Of a stretch of DNA of 64,000 nt, positions 27,398 through 40,300 are shown piece after piece. Made by a program: the position numbers and the translations under genes. This DNA comes from Paraspadella gotoi (Eukaryota; Animalia; Chaetognatha), in the NCBI GenBank assembly GCA_051294375.1, contig CM119269.1, positions 7,545,446-7,609,445 of the forward strand, read 5' to 3'. The notes beneath the pieces are model-generated. The model searched no databases, was not told the origin of the DNA, and saw only the letters and a list, made by a program, of their open reading frames with translations. The number at the start of each line of letters is the position of its first letter. Position 1 is the stretch's first letter.

Positions 27398-27784
27398 ATG
27401 AAGCGCTTCCGCGAGCCCGACGCCCACGACGGGGATTCCTCGTCGCCCCCTCCGCCGCCGCCGCCGCCGCCTGGCTTCGCCCGCGACTCTGAATCTGATC
27501 CTTGTTGCGACGGATCGTCGTCGTCAGCCGAGGATCCCAACGACTCGGAATACAAGAAGAAGCGGGAGAGAAACAACGAGGCTGTCCGCAAATCTCGGGA
27601 GCGTTCCAAGAGTCGGATGATGGAGACGGCCAGGAGGGTCGAGGATCTCAAACAGGAGAACGAAGTGCTCGAACAGCGCGTCAAGACACTGACCAGGGAA
27701 CTCTCGGTCCTCAAGGACATGTTCGTCAAGCAAACGGTTCCCGAGAATGAGCGGGATGATCCGATCACCGCCATGCAGGAGTAG
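27398..27784 (+). CDS. Intronless short C/EBP-family bZIP (C/EBP-gamma-like)
   Basis: Basic region DPNDSEYKKKRERNNEAVRKSRERSK followed by leucine zipper LKQENEVLEQRVKTLTRELSVLKDMF. Confidence 0.88.
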   Translation: MKRFREPDAHDGDSSSPPPPPPPPPGFARDSESDPCCDGSSSSAEDPNDSEYKKKRERNNEAVRKSRERSKSRMMETARRVEDLKQENEVLEQRVKTLTRELSVLKDMFVKQTVPENERDDPITAMQE

Positions 27785-28018
27785 ACGCTCGCCATTTATA
27801 GCTAAAGGTGGCGGGATATTCGTTTTTACATTTTAAACCTTTGTCATCTTCCCAAATTTGTAGTAGCTTTTTATTCCGAACGTACGTTTCTTTCCAAATA
27901 ATTTCTGCTTTTTGTATTACGGTTCATCGCTTATCGTCATGTTTTTTTACGTGAAAAGCATATTTCATGATCTAGTCATCTTTATGACGCGTCGTTTGTA
28001 GGACCTCATGCTCGTGTC

Positions 28019-29510
28019 ATGACCTTAGTGTTGATATCCGCCTCTTTAGCGAAAAACTTGATTCGAAGTACGAACATAGTTTCGGCAACAACGTCCTCGT
28101 CGAAAAAGATCGTAAGGCCACCGGGGGTTAGAATATTTCAGGTGGGTTATTTCGACAGATTTAAAAATGGTGATGTTCACTGCTCAGCACGTTGTAATAT
28201 GTATTTTCGCTATCAGCCTCGCCGTTGGTTTTATCAACCCGATCGGCATGGATGCGGTTACGAAACTAAAAAACCTAAAACGGAGTTGGAGTGGCTTAAA
28301 TACGTTTATAAGAATATACGTGAAGGCTTCCAACATATTACCGGGGAGTTCAAATTATGGGCGGAGGTTGGTTCTCTTTTACCTTTCTAAGCTAAGATAA
28401 TGAACCGTAAAAACTTTTGTTATTTTGTTATTTCTTTTTATAAATATTAATTAATACGTACCCATTTAGGAGATGAAGGTTGGCCTTCGCGTCGACCGAC
28501 AGTGGTACTTTGAAGACGGGACATTTCACAAAGAGTTCGAGTTTCGCGGGGAGGAGTGCCTCAAAAATTGGACGGTGTCAACAGACCGTGACTGGGGCGA
28601 GGGCTTTTCTAAAGCCGAGCTCACTGTTTCCAAGCAAAACATGGCCTTGTTCCGCGGGAATCTTTGCTGCGACGTTCCAGACAAGGGTACGCCGACAAGG
28701 ATATCCGTTGCTATTCTTGAAGAATTGTTTGTTGTAATCTTTTCATTGTTGTTCGTCCATGTTTGTCCAGGAGTGGTGGGCCGCGCCGGCTACGCCAACA
28801 TGAAGAGCATCAAGAAAACAAAATCCTTTCAACGTGACGACAGATTTCGATGGGAACCCTACACTCACCTCATTGGAAGAGTAAGGGGAGATGGGAGGTG
28901 AGTTCCATGTGAAGCCCCGCTGCGCGTTACTAGCCGAGCTGGTAATTATCCTCGCCCTTATTACATTCCCATACAATTTTTTTCTTTCTGTTCAGATCCT
29001 ATGTTTTGTGCTTATACGTCGATGGCGACATCGATGTCTCGTGGAATGATACTTATCATTATTTTCTCCACACTCGTGGTGGTCCGTATTGGCAGTATGT
29101 GAAGGTAAGTTTCAGGTATATTGAAACAGTTCATACAACTGTGTATAATACGTATATCGCAACATTCAAGACTGCGACTACATGTTGTTAATACCCGTTG
29201 ATGTTTTCCTTCCAGATTCCGTTTTCTCGTTTTTTTTTGGGTTATCAAGGATCGATTCAGGATCGACAGGAACCAATTCATAAGTACATTAGACCCTTGA
29301 GCCTTAACCTTTCGTTTTTTAAGGAAAATAATCTTGTGAAACACAATTTTTATCGGCAGAGGTTATGTATCGGCCATTGGTATCACCGTGATGGACACTT
29401 ACGAAGGTCCCTTCCAGCTGGAGATCGACTATCTCGGGGTCTTAAAACAGGACGCCCACAAGGACACCTTCGTTTACGAACAATACACTATGCCGGGTTT
29501 CGGCCTTTGA
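28019..29510 (+). CDS. NDUFAF1: Complex I assembly factor CIA30, ~7 exons
   Basis: WTVSTDRDWGEGFS, RAGYANMKS, RVRGDGRSY, TRGGPYWQYVKIPFSRFF, GPFQLEIDYLG; TGA at 29508-29510. Confidence 0.93.
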
Positions 29511-30339
29511 TCCCTCAGATCGGGGAGGCAGCTATTAAAAGGGTTTTTGTTTGTTCAACTTTGTAAGTGTGTGTCCGAGCCTTTTCTCTTTATATTAGGA
29601 TTCATTCGAGGATGTTGTTACGATTAAGACCGCGTTTGAAGAAAATAGTTATAAAATACTTTAAATAAATAAAAAGATGACGGAAACTGAGCGCGAGCAA
29701 GAGAAACACTCAAATTTTTTTTTTACGCCGTCTGTAGTCGCTCAAACTTTATACCGACTGTGGGGAAGTTTGCCGAAGTAAAAAAAGAACAGCTGGGAAT
29801 TGGGTGTGGAAGTTACATGTTTTATGAAATTGGTACAACCAATATAGAAATATATCATTGTGTATCCAGCTATGAGTATGAAAAACAAACCATTTTTTTT
29901 ATCTCGCCAGACGGGCGAATGCTCGACATGGGCGAGATGTTAATTTGTTTCGGCTTCTTTTGACCGTAGTCGTCATTGTCATCATTGTTACGCTGTTTTA
30001 ACATTGAAAATAGCTCAAGTGTGTAACCCTAGGAAGTTATTGAGATCTTTTAAATTGTTATATTCCATATTCCTACATTCATTTGTTTATTTTATTTACA
30101 AAATAATTTTTATATATATAGACGAGTTCAGTTCTGCAGCGGTTGTCCAGTTTCTTTTTATTTCTTTCTTTTTCTCTTTTTCTTTCTTTTAATTTTGTCA
30201 CTCTTTTTTCCGTTGCAGCTTCTTCTGATTTGTTTAAAAACGATTTCGCAGCTGTCCAGTGTCCAGCTTCTTTCTCTTTTTTTCTATCTTTCTCATACAC
30301 GCATTTGTTTTTAGTTATAATGAATGATACATCATATCA

Positions 30340-30575
30340 ATAAATGACAATCATCGCGTCAATGAATGATTATCATCGCATCCATCATTTGGTTATTATC
30401 GCATCAATCGTTGGTTATCATCGTATCAATATTTGGTTATCATCGTATCAATATTTGGGTATCATCGCATCAATAATCAATTACATCAATCAATCAATTA
30501 TTATTACATCAATCAATCAATTATTATTACATCAATCAATCAATTATTATTACATTAATAATCACATCAATCATT
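30340..30575 (+). repeat. Degenerate ATC/ATCAAT low-complexity tandem repeat
   Basis: Repeated GGTTATCATCGTATCAAT and ATCAATCAATTATTATTAC units. Confidence 0.8.
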
Positions 30576-30868
30576 CATTTTTTTAAAATTAATTTTCTTT
30601 GATAGTAACGTCTGGCGAGATCACTATACTTTTTTTGGGGTTTTGTTTTTCAATCCTTGAAATTCAAAAAGATTTATGCTTATAAATTTTTAACTTATTT
30701 TTATTAACATTACGATTTAATTTATATAGTTATTCTTTGTTACAGTATTTTGTTTGTTCTTTGTTCTTTTTAATTTACTCGTGAAGACTTCTTGTTAGCG
30801 CGAATCATCCAAGCGCACCTCATGGAACATTTTTCACCCGGACGGAAAGTCTTTTCTGCTTTGGTGAA

Positions 30869-33800
30869 ATGATGGACGAGGACAAAGTCGCGGATAAGGC
30901 GCCGCCGCCGCCTCGAAACCAATGTGCTTCGCCCGTCGAAGACCTGTACGCCGACTTGCTCATCGAAGACGCCGAGACGAAACGCACCGTGGAGTCAACG
31001 GCGTTAGTGGACGACTTACTGAGAAGAGAGAATGAGAGTTTGAAGGGTAAGGTTTTTGGGGTTCTCCTTTTAGGAATAGTTTATTAGTCATTAGTCTATT
31101 TCACGTCGTGAGATTATATTCCTCATCATTGCAGCGTCAAACGCCTCCTTAATATCACGTCTCGAGGCGGCCGAGGCAGCCATGGCAGCTTCGACCGCGG
31201 CGTCGGCCAAGTCGGACGCCGCCTGCGCCGCGTTCCAGGAGCGGTTTCGCGCCTTCCGCAGCACCGCCGCCGCGGAGTTGAAGAAAAAAGACTTTGAGAT
31301 TCGAGTTTTGAAGATAAAGATCGGAGAAGCCGAAGCTGCGCGTTCGGCGGGGCGTTGTTGCGACCGAAGGAATGGAACGGCGAGGAAAGAGGTCACTGTT
31401 CGTCATGCGAAATTATTTAGTTCAATTTATCTTTAAATTAATCGCCATTTTCAACCTAGGTCGAAAATGATTCTGGTCTAGAATCGTCGTCTCCATATGA
31501 CCACGAGAGAAAGGCGCTGGGGAAAAGGTTTGTCGGCTAAAATTGAGGAAATGCGATGTTTTTAGTCTTTCAATTATATTGAGGCGGTGTGAATATACCG
31601 CCACAATATCTTGTTTACAGGTCTTCCTCCGTGTCTGTCAACTTAGAGGAACCTTCGGAGAAAAAACGGCGTTTTTCCGGATCAGATACGACGGCGAATA
31701 AGGTTTCTTCTTAAAGTTTTCAATTTTAATTTATAAACGCTCCACCACTAAGCGAATCCCAAAGAGCCTACATTTTTTTACATTGTCACTTTCGGCGTCC
31801 GATTCCAGCTGCCCGGTCGAATTCATTTGCCCGACGACGACCTATCCCGTTTTTCGTCCTCGCTCCCTCGACTGTTCGACTCTTCTCGCGCCGGGACGCA
31901 TGGCGCCTCTCACCGGAAACCCGTCGCCACGTCGGAAAAAAAGTTTATATTGCCATCGAACCGTGACCCGTGTGTTCAAGCGTCGCCATTTGCGACGGAA
32001 GAAACCGACGCTACGTTTGTTTCAACGAAGGATAGGAGCGATGTTTCGAGCTCACGCGCCATTGGAGATGCGACTAATTCCGCAACTCGAGCCGATCCAG
32101 AGACGAACAAGGAGACGAAGGCCAAACCGGAATCCGCTACTCGAAAAACAATCATCACTGCCCCTCGGAGAGAATCGCCTAGGAAAAAGGCGTCAAAAGC
32201 GATCGAAATCAATCAAGAAAAGACGAAACCGAAACCCGCGAAAAAGTCAAAAGATGATGATCGTAAAAGCGACAAGTCAAAAACGAGTTTAAGAAACGAA
32301 GGCGGCCAAACGACGTCGACGTCAGTTGCAAAGTCTTGTGTCGCGAAGAGTGATGATGACGACCTCGGCCGTGATAAAAAACGTAGTCATAGGTTAGTAA
32401 GGTTGGTGTGTCTGTCGGTTCATAGTATAATTAAATGTGTTTTAAATTTATCATATTAATTAAAAATTCCTAACGTACCTGCAGCTCAAAGCGACGCGAA
32501 TCTTCTCATTCCCCCCGATCTTCATTAACGCGACGAAAGGGCTCGACGTCCAGTGCCCAATCCGACGAAAGATGCAGCGAAGAGCGTAAGACAAAACGGA
32601 GGGAGGAACGCAGCCCCACGCCCCGCGGGGGCCTCGCCTCTCTGGAACGCGAGAGAAAGAGAGACGTTGACGAAAGGTTGAAGCGACTCGCCGAGATGTC
32701 TATTTCAAAGACGAGAAGGAATAGCGACGGAAAAGAGGGAGGAGGGAAAGAAAACATAAGCGAAGCGAGGAAACGGAAAATAAATGAAAAGAGCGAAGAT
32801 CGGTCTCGAAGGGAAAGAGAATTAGGTGGAGGGGAGAGAGAGTCGAGAACGGGGAAGAAAAGAGAGAAGGATGATTGGATAAAGGATGTAAAAGAGAGAA
32901 AGAAAGATGGGAGATCGAGAGATAGGAAGGAAGAAGAAACACTAAGAGAGAAAGACAGGAAAGTAGAGGGAGATAGGAAGGAAGATAAAAAAATAACCAT
33001 GATAAAGACACAAGGGAAAACAATGGAGAGAGATGGGCAGGAAGATGATAAGACCGTGAGAGAGAAAGATGGTAAAACAAAGAGAGATAGAAAGGAAGAT
33101 GAAACGATAACCGTGAGAGAGAAAGATAACAAAACAAAGGAGAGAGATAGAAAGGAGAAAGCGAGAGAAGATGAACCTAATGGGAATATTGCGCGGCTCA
33201 AATGGGAAAGGGGAAGCGAGGGTAAGTTCGAACCCGAAGAGAAGGAGCGAAGGTCGAGCCGAAAGGAGAGCCACGGAGACCTCTGGGATTCTTTCCTGCA
33301 AAGACCCGATCATAGAGAAAGGCGAAAAGCCTCTTCCGGATCGAATGGCCCGGGCCAGGGCTTAGTACAAGCGGCGGAAGAGATTCCCTCGGGAACGGAG
33401 AGATCCGCCTCGCGTTCCAAATCCGCCTCAGTGACAGATCTTCGAGAAAAATTGAGAAAGCATAAAATAGAAACGGAAAAACCGAAGGAGAAACCAAAGA
33501 AGAGGATCCCATCGGAGGAACTCGAGGAGGGCGAAGTCGAGAGCGACGATGACGACGATGTCGAAAATCAAAAACAAGATGGACTTCCCTCCCGATACGA
33601 GGCGCCGACGATGAAGTCTTGCTTCGGTTCGGACTCTGAGGTCGACGACGACGAAGATGACGACGACATCGAGGATAGATTGCAAATGAACATTACGAGT
33701 CCTTCGTTTTACATCATCGAAGAGGAGTCGAGAATCGGGTACAAAGATGCTTCAGAAGGTCGAGGACGAGAGGAGAAAATTAGCGCCGAAAATGATGGCG

Positions 33801-36220
33801 AACGAATAGAAGAGGAGAGGGTTGACGTCGGAGAGAAAGAAGAAAATGAATTTGTCACAGACAAAGAAAATATCGAAACTGAGCAAAAAGGTGAAGTTCA
33901 AGACCCATTAAGCCGCGAAAACCTAAATCGTGAAGCGGTTCAACGTGATGAAGAAAATAAAGAAAATTATTATAGTGATGCTAACCTCATTCCAAACGAC
34001 AAGATTGATGTCATAAGTGAAATAAAAAAAGTAAGTGAATCTAATGACAATAACGGAAGTGAATCCGTCGAGAAAGAAAACAATATCGTCGAAGACAACT
34101 CAGGTGACACCGAAGAAAACAATATGGATACTGAGGCTCACAAGGAAAGCGAAAACGCAAAAGTCAAAGACAATAACAGTGTTGCCATCGAAAAGCAATC
34201 GCAGGTCCCGGTTTTTGAAAACTTAGGTGAAGCCGAGGAAGAAGAACACCCACCAGAAGACGACAGAGATTCAAGTCATGATAAAGAACACCCAAACGAT
34301 ATGAAACTACAAATCACTACAACCGCTCACAATGCCACTTTTGCCTTTGACACTAAGGAAAATGCCTCGTCTAAAATGACCGAAGAACCTAAAGCCATCA
34401 GTGAACTTGCTCCCGAGGTGATTGACCTTCCTTACGTCGCAGACCGAGACGTTGAGGAGACTTCCGAAAAGGTGATGATGCTTTCTCCTTCTTCTCAACT
34501 TCATTCATCAAAATCGTCAAATATTCCTGGTCCTCAGCCTTCCTCACGGGCATCTACATCCAACACCAGCAACAGCAGCCAATCTCAAACTGGATGCGAC
34601 GACGACGACAGCGTTTCCATCGACTTTCGCCGTCTCGAGACGCTGCAGCGCGAGAAGGAACGCATTCAAGCGGAAATTTTTAAGGAGCAGCAGCGGGAAG
34701 CGGCGGTGGCGAAGGCGGATTCTTCTGAGTCTGAAGAGGCGACGGAAGAAAACGTTTCTACACCGAAGACGTCGATGATCCCGGCTCCGGACTCTGCTTC
34801 TCAGTCGACCGCCGTGTTCAACGAGAAGATGAAGCGGCTCATGAAGGACGTCAAGCCGATGAAAGAGGTGACACATTCACGCTCTCAGAACTCTCTCTAG
34901 TCTCAATATTTTATCTTTATCTCGCAACTTTTCATTCCTTGCATTCTCTAAGTACCTAATATCACCTGTTTTCTAGTCTTTTTTATAATCCTTGTTCTAA
35001 TATTTTTTTCTGATCCATCCTCCCGCCAATCCAGAGAGGTGACAGTCTCTCCTCGGCCCACTCCTCACCTCCGGCGTCGGATTTTTACGATGAGGGAACG
35101 ATGATGCCGACTCCGACCCGGAAGCGAGACGGCACCTGTCGGAAAATCAGCCTCCTTGCCGAACTGGATCGCGCCAGGGAAGAGGACTACAGAGCCGCCC
35201 AAGCCCTGACGGAGATGCGGGTAAGACTATCGGGATTCTCGGGGTAGTTTTGAATGGTGATCTCTAATGTTTTTTGACATTCAGGCTCGGTCGATTTGCG
35301 GAAGTTATGGAGATGTTAATGACCTTGACGGCGAGCCCCCAACCACGCCCACTTCGCGAGACGTTACCGTGGACGCCGACGACCCTCTCATCGCCGGCGA
35401 CGAACCCGAGAGTCGGATCATAGACTTCAGGTGCGGTGAAGTCAATATTTTGATGATTGCGAGCGTTTGGATAAGTATTATTACAGCGCCATCATTTGCT
35501 TCTTACAGCACAAAGTCAATCTTCGAGCGATATGAGCTGCCTGACGGATCGGTAGCACTGTGTCCCGATAGAATCAATGTCGGTTTGCCGGAAACTCCTT
35601 GGAAAGACCTCAAGTAAGCATTTTGTTGTTTGATCTGCGTAGAAAAATCGGAAATTCCTTTAAATTTAAATATTATCTTCTTCAGCGAAGGGGAGGAATC
35701 CGAGCTTCCCTTCACTCGTACCGCATGTTCCAAATCGCTAATGAGTTTGTTCGATTCCGCGCGACGACTCGACGACAAGGAATCTAAGTGAGACTTTAAA
35801 TTTTGAAGACTTAAAGACAAATTATAGTTGATCCGTTAATTCTTTGTATTTTTTGGCAGAATTTATTCGCAGCGTCGATCGGTGACGCCGAAGAAGACTC
35901 CCTCAAGCAGAGAAGCGGAATCGTTTTCGTCGACGAACAACTCGAGTTCATTCGGTTGCGTCATCGCCGCTTTCTACAAGTCAGGATTAGTTTTAGTTTA
36001 CATCTATTTTCTTTTCCCCGATTCCTTAAACTCTGTTTTTGTTTTCTCATTTACAACTTCCTTTCTTTTACCCAGAACCCTTAACGATGCCACTTTCGAA
36101 ATGAAAGGTATCCGCGCCCCTAGACCGGAGTCGTCCGCCTCGAAGACGCCGCCGACGCCTCGCCCGTCCCTCGATCGCGTAAGAAAACGACTGCTCTTGT
36201 CGCCGGAAGCAAAAAAATGA
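30869..36220 (+). CDS. CASP8AP2: FLASH/CASP8AP2-like histone pre-mRNA 3' processing factor
   Basis: N-terminal EDLYADLLIED followed by a coiled coil ending TAAAELKKKDFEIRVLK (cf. human LDLYEEILTEE...TARVEINRKDEEISNL); ARS2-binding-type motif EELEEGEVESD at 33515-33547; the rest is low-complexity. Confidence 0.72.
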
Positions 36221-36402
36221 GCGTCACTCTGCGAAAACTTTAGACGCCTGGCAAAAAGAAAATGATAGAATCTCTTTTAGTCAATCGTTGCTTAAATGTG
36301 ATGAACGCTGCCCATTTAATATTTTTGTATTATTTTAGTATTATTTACAAATTGTTACCATATTTTGTTATGTTTAAGAACGTTTTAAGAATCCCTGGAC
36401 AT

Positions 36403-37015
36403 TAGGGTGAAGTGAAAGTTTGGAATCAAAATTTAGCAGTTATATCTTGAAAACTATTATATTAATGAATACTAATCTATAGTTATTTTTCTTTTTTTAT
36501 AAATATAGTAGCCCAGTCAGCTTATTTTGTATATAGTACTACCCTTATATAATGTCAAAATTTCAAAATAGTTTTTTTTTAAATTCTGAGAACAGATTCA
36601 GATTCCTTATTAAAAATTGATAAAAGAAAATATAAATCTTTTTAAAAAATTATGTCATTAAGTAGGTTAAAATTACAAAAAAATATATTTTTAAGCTCGA
36701 AATTAAAAATCGTTATCTTAAACATAATTTTTTAGATTTTTGACCAACTTAATGAAAGAATTTTTAAAAAAGAATTATACTTTCTTATATTAACTTTTTG
36801 TAAGGAATCCAAATCCGATCTTAAATTTAAAAATTTGTATTTTGAAATTTTAGCCATTATATACTTATTACTATATATAAATGTAGCTCACTGGTACCCA
36901 CTAATGTATGAAATTAAAAAATAAATTTACCAAAGTATTTTTAATGGTTTTTATTTTTACGTTTTATATGCTAAATTTTAATTTTCTAAAATTTTATCAT
37001 TTTCACATCACTCTA
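36403..37015. mobile_element. hAT-like foldback MITE, 613 bp
   Basis: 8-bp TSD CTGGACAT at 36395-36402 and 37016-37023; TIRs TAGGGTGAAGTGAAA / TTTCACATCACTCTA; the whole element is an imperfect palindrome centred near 36705. Confidence 0.85.
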
Positions 37016-37328
37016 CTGGACATGTATCCAAATCGCGTGGTCGTTTATTAAAAACAGGAGAGATTTTCTCTTGACGCGACTAGTCTCTTTCTAAAAGAAG
37101 CAAGCTACCGCATAACGAAGCCTTTATTTTTCTACGGGTATTCCCTGTCGTCGGTTTGATGGCGTCCGGACAAGAGCGGTCGCGCTTCGTTTATTCCGTT
37201 TTGTTTTCCTTGATCACGAAATGTTTTTTTTTTTTTTTTCAGTTGTAAAATTTTGTTTAGAAATTGGATAAAAAAAATAATTTGAAAACTAATAAAAAAA
37301 CAAAACATGAAAATGAGAGAATCTTGAC

Positions 37329-40300
37329 ATGAGCAAGACCGAAGATGCGCTACGGGACATCAACGGTGAGTTTCCGACGACAATAAAAGAACTGGAATCC
37401 CAAAATGGCGGCGAATTCCGACGAATTAGGTGCGATAGAAATGAAAACTCTGGGCCTTAACCCTTCTAATTTTCTTTTACCAGGCGAACCATTAACTGCA
37501 ATAAGTACCCCCTCCTCGATTTCCGTAGGTGATCTGTCTCTATATTTCGTAATGATCTTAGTTAAAAATTAATAATTGTCATTAAGTATTGTCATTACAA
37601 TGTTTAATAAATATTTTTCCTTCTCATCAGTGACGATGCCTGTCGTGTCGGGAGCCTTGTCTCGCAATGACCCGCCTTCCACGACGACGACGGCGGCGGA
37701 AGACGACGGGGGTCAGGGCCCGCGATCCGCCGACGACACGGCCGACCTTCTGGACGAGGTGCTGGGCGGAAACTCGCTCGGTGAGTCGGCGATACCTTAA
37801 TATCGTCCAATGGCCAATGTTACTAAAGCCGTCCTCTTCTTTCTAGGCGAATCCTTTTTCGCGGCCAACTGGCCAGACTTCGACTACTTGACCCCTTTCG
37901 AGAGCCAATCGGCCGCCGCACCGCCACCCGTCCAGTCCCTCCCCACCGCCAACTCCACACCCCAATCTTCCTCCCACCCTCTGCGGTCCGGCGAAGCAAG
38001 CAAGTGTCATGACTGCGAGAGGCTTCGCGTCAGTTTGGAGTCGGCCCAACGTCAACTGGAATCCTCGAGGGAGGAGAGGTAAACGTCCTTCGTTTCCGTT
38101 AACGATCTTTAACAAATGATTTTGTTGACAATGTGAAACTTTTTTCACCCAAATGTCAAACAGAAAAAACATCGAGGATCTGAAAAAGAAGATTCTTCAC
38201 ACTGACGTTCTCATTCGCAAGGTGCAGGAGAAGGTGCAAGAATGCGAAACTCACAAACGCAAGGTTGTCTTTTTTCGTTGCTGTACTATTATTCAATATT
38301 TATACTATTCGCTAATTAATGAGTCTTTTTCTCTCCTCAGGCGAAAGAAGTTCTTTTGAAGGGAAGTCAATCGCGTAAAGAGTTCGAATCCCTTTCCAGT
38401 AAATATTCAAAGGCGCTCAAAGAACTGGAACCATTGAGACAGGTCGGTCTTGCTTGAATTGCTATTGGCTAAGTCATAATAATTCTGGAATTTACAACCG
38501 AACACTTTTTCATGTCAAAGCAAGGGTAGCGGACGGTACGCGATAGCGATTTTTCCAAAAATAAGTCGTTTGTGCCTCTAATACTCCATATATCCTATTT
38601 TAGTCAAAGGCGACCCTGGAGGCCTCCAACCAAGAGCTCCACTCTAAGACCAACCGCCTCCAAGTGGAGCTAGAGGCGGCGCGACAAATCAATGTCCAGA
38701 TGGAGCAAGCGTTGAAGGACTCGGACCGGCAGTTGCGTGAAGAGAGGGAGAAGCAGCTGGAAGAGAAGAAAGCAAAGAAGCCGGAAAGGAGTAAGGAATC
38801 GGGTGAGGTTTATTTTCTGCTTTTTTCTCGCTTGTGATTAAATCAAATCTTTTTAATCTTGATTTTATTTCTACCGTTTCTTTCTCTCCCAACCCATTGA
38901 CAGGCGAGATGAAGGCTCTGAAGGAGGCGCACCGCGTGGAGAAGCTAGAGTGGCAGCAACGCCGCTCGCATCTGGAGTCAAAGTTGAAAAAGGTTTTTCG
39001 ACGACTGGAAATCTATGAGAATCTCATGGATCAGCATCCCGAGTTCAGGCCGAAGGGACTCAGGCGGAGTCGCCTCACTCTGGACAGCGAGATCGCCGAT
39101 GACCAAGGCGAGAGAAGAGCTGAAATTTTTTTTTTTGGGGGGGGGGGCTTTAATTTCCAAAATAGTTTGTTATATGAAATCATTTAATGTTTTTATGATT
39201 TTTTTTTCTCCTTTCTTTAGCTGATGCGGATGATTGCGAGTTGGCGATTCAAAACGACTCGGATTCTTCGAAAGGCGTCTCATTTCGATCACCGCCACGA
39301 ATCTCTCCAAAACGTAAGTCGAAAGTTCAACACTATGTTCGTTAGCAGTAAGATCACTCCCTTGTACTTTGTACTACCTTTACGGCTTTTCTCACTTTTA
39401 GCAACTACTAATCGTCCCCGCCGCGTCTCCGAGGCCGCCTCCGATTTTTCCGAGAGCGAATCCATGATGTCCGAGAAACTGCGCGGACACAATCAGTTGT
39501 TGACGCCGTCGCGGAAGTCGCCCACTAAGCGTCGGCGCAGCAGTAGTAGCGGCAGCGTCGCCAAGGATACTACCGAAGACGGTGTGGATATAAAATAAAA
39601 TGTAATTTTGTGTATTAAATTCTTCAATTATTAAATTTTCTCTCATTCCTTCAGCTGCCCCGATGACCCATCGTCGATCTCTTCTCAACCGGATCTGGGG
39701 CGGCGACGAGGCCACTTCGCCTTCTGAGGATCGAACACGTGAGGACGCGATAGACAAGACTCAGCGCGGCCCGGATCCCGGTCTCGGCGTCAGTCCCGGG
39801 CGACGCCGTTCGCGTCGCATCTCCTCGTCGGCGAGTGAGGACGAATCGCGTCGCCGGCCTCGATCCAACGGCGAAGATCTATCCCCATCCAGAACGCTGG
39901 AGGCGGAACTGATGGCGGAGTTGTCGGCGGAGTTGTCCGACGCGTCCCCCGACGCGTCCCCCTCGAAGGAGGATGAGAAGAATGAGAAGAATGAATCTTT
40001 CTCGATAAACGAATCTCCCAAAAACACCGAGACATCGAAAAAGGCGACGACGACATCGTTGAACATGACATCAAAGATAAAAAAGGCGCCGCTTCTGCCT
40101 CGGAAGGTCAAGTCTTCCAACGCCTTGCGACGCGGCGCCGATTTGGAGGAGTTCGTGGCTAGACGGAAACAAGTGACGTTGGTTGTGGGAGGGAGAAGGA
40201 ATAAAGAAGAACAAGCTGGAGAAGATGTAGTCGATGATGGGAGAGATGACTCGTCCGCCTTCGAGTCTGACGTCGCGGAATCTCCGACAAAGACGAAAGC

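Noticed and set aside
29901-30621. 13-bp inverted pair ATCTCGCCAGACG/CGTCTGGCGAGAT and a 24-mer shared by 27022 and 29821
   Set aside because: Probably old transposon fragments, but no TSD or boundaries could be defined.
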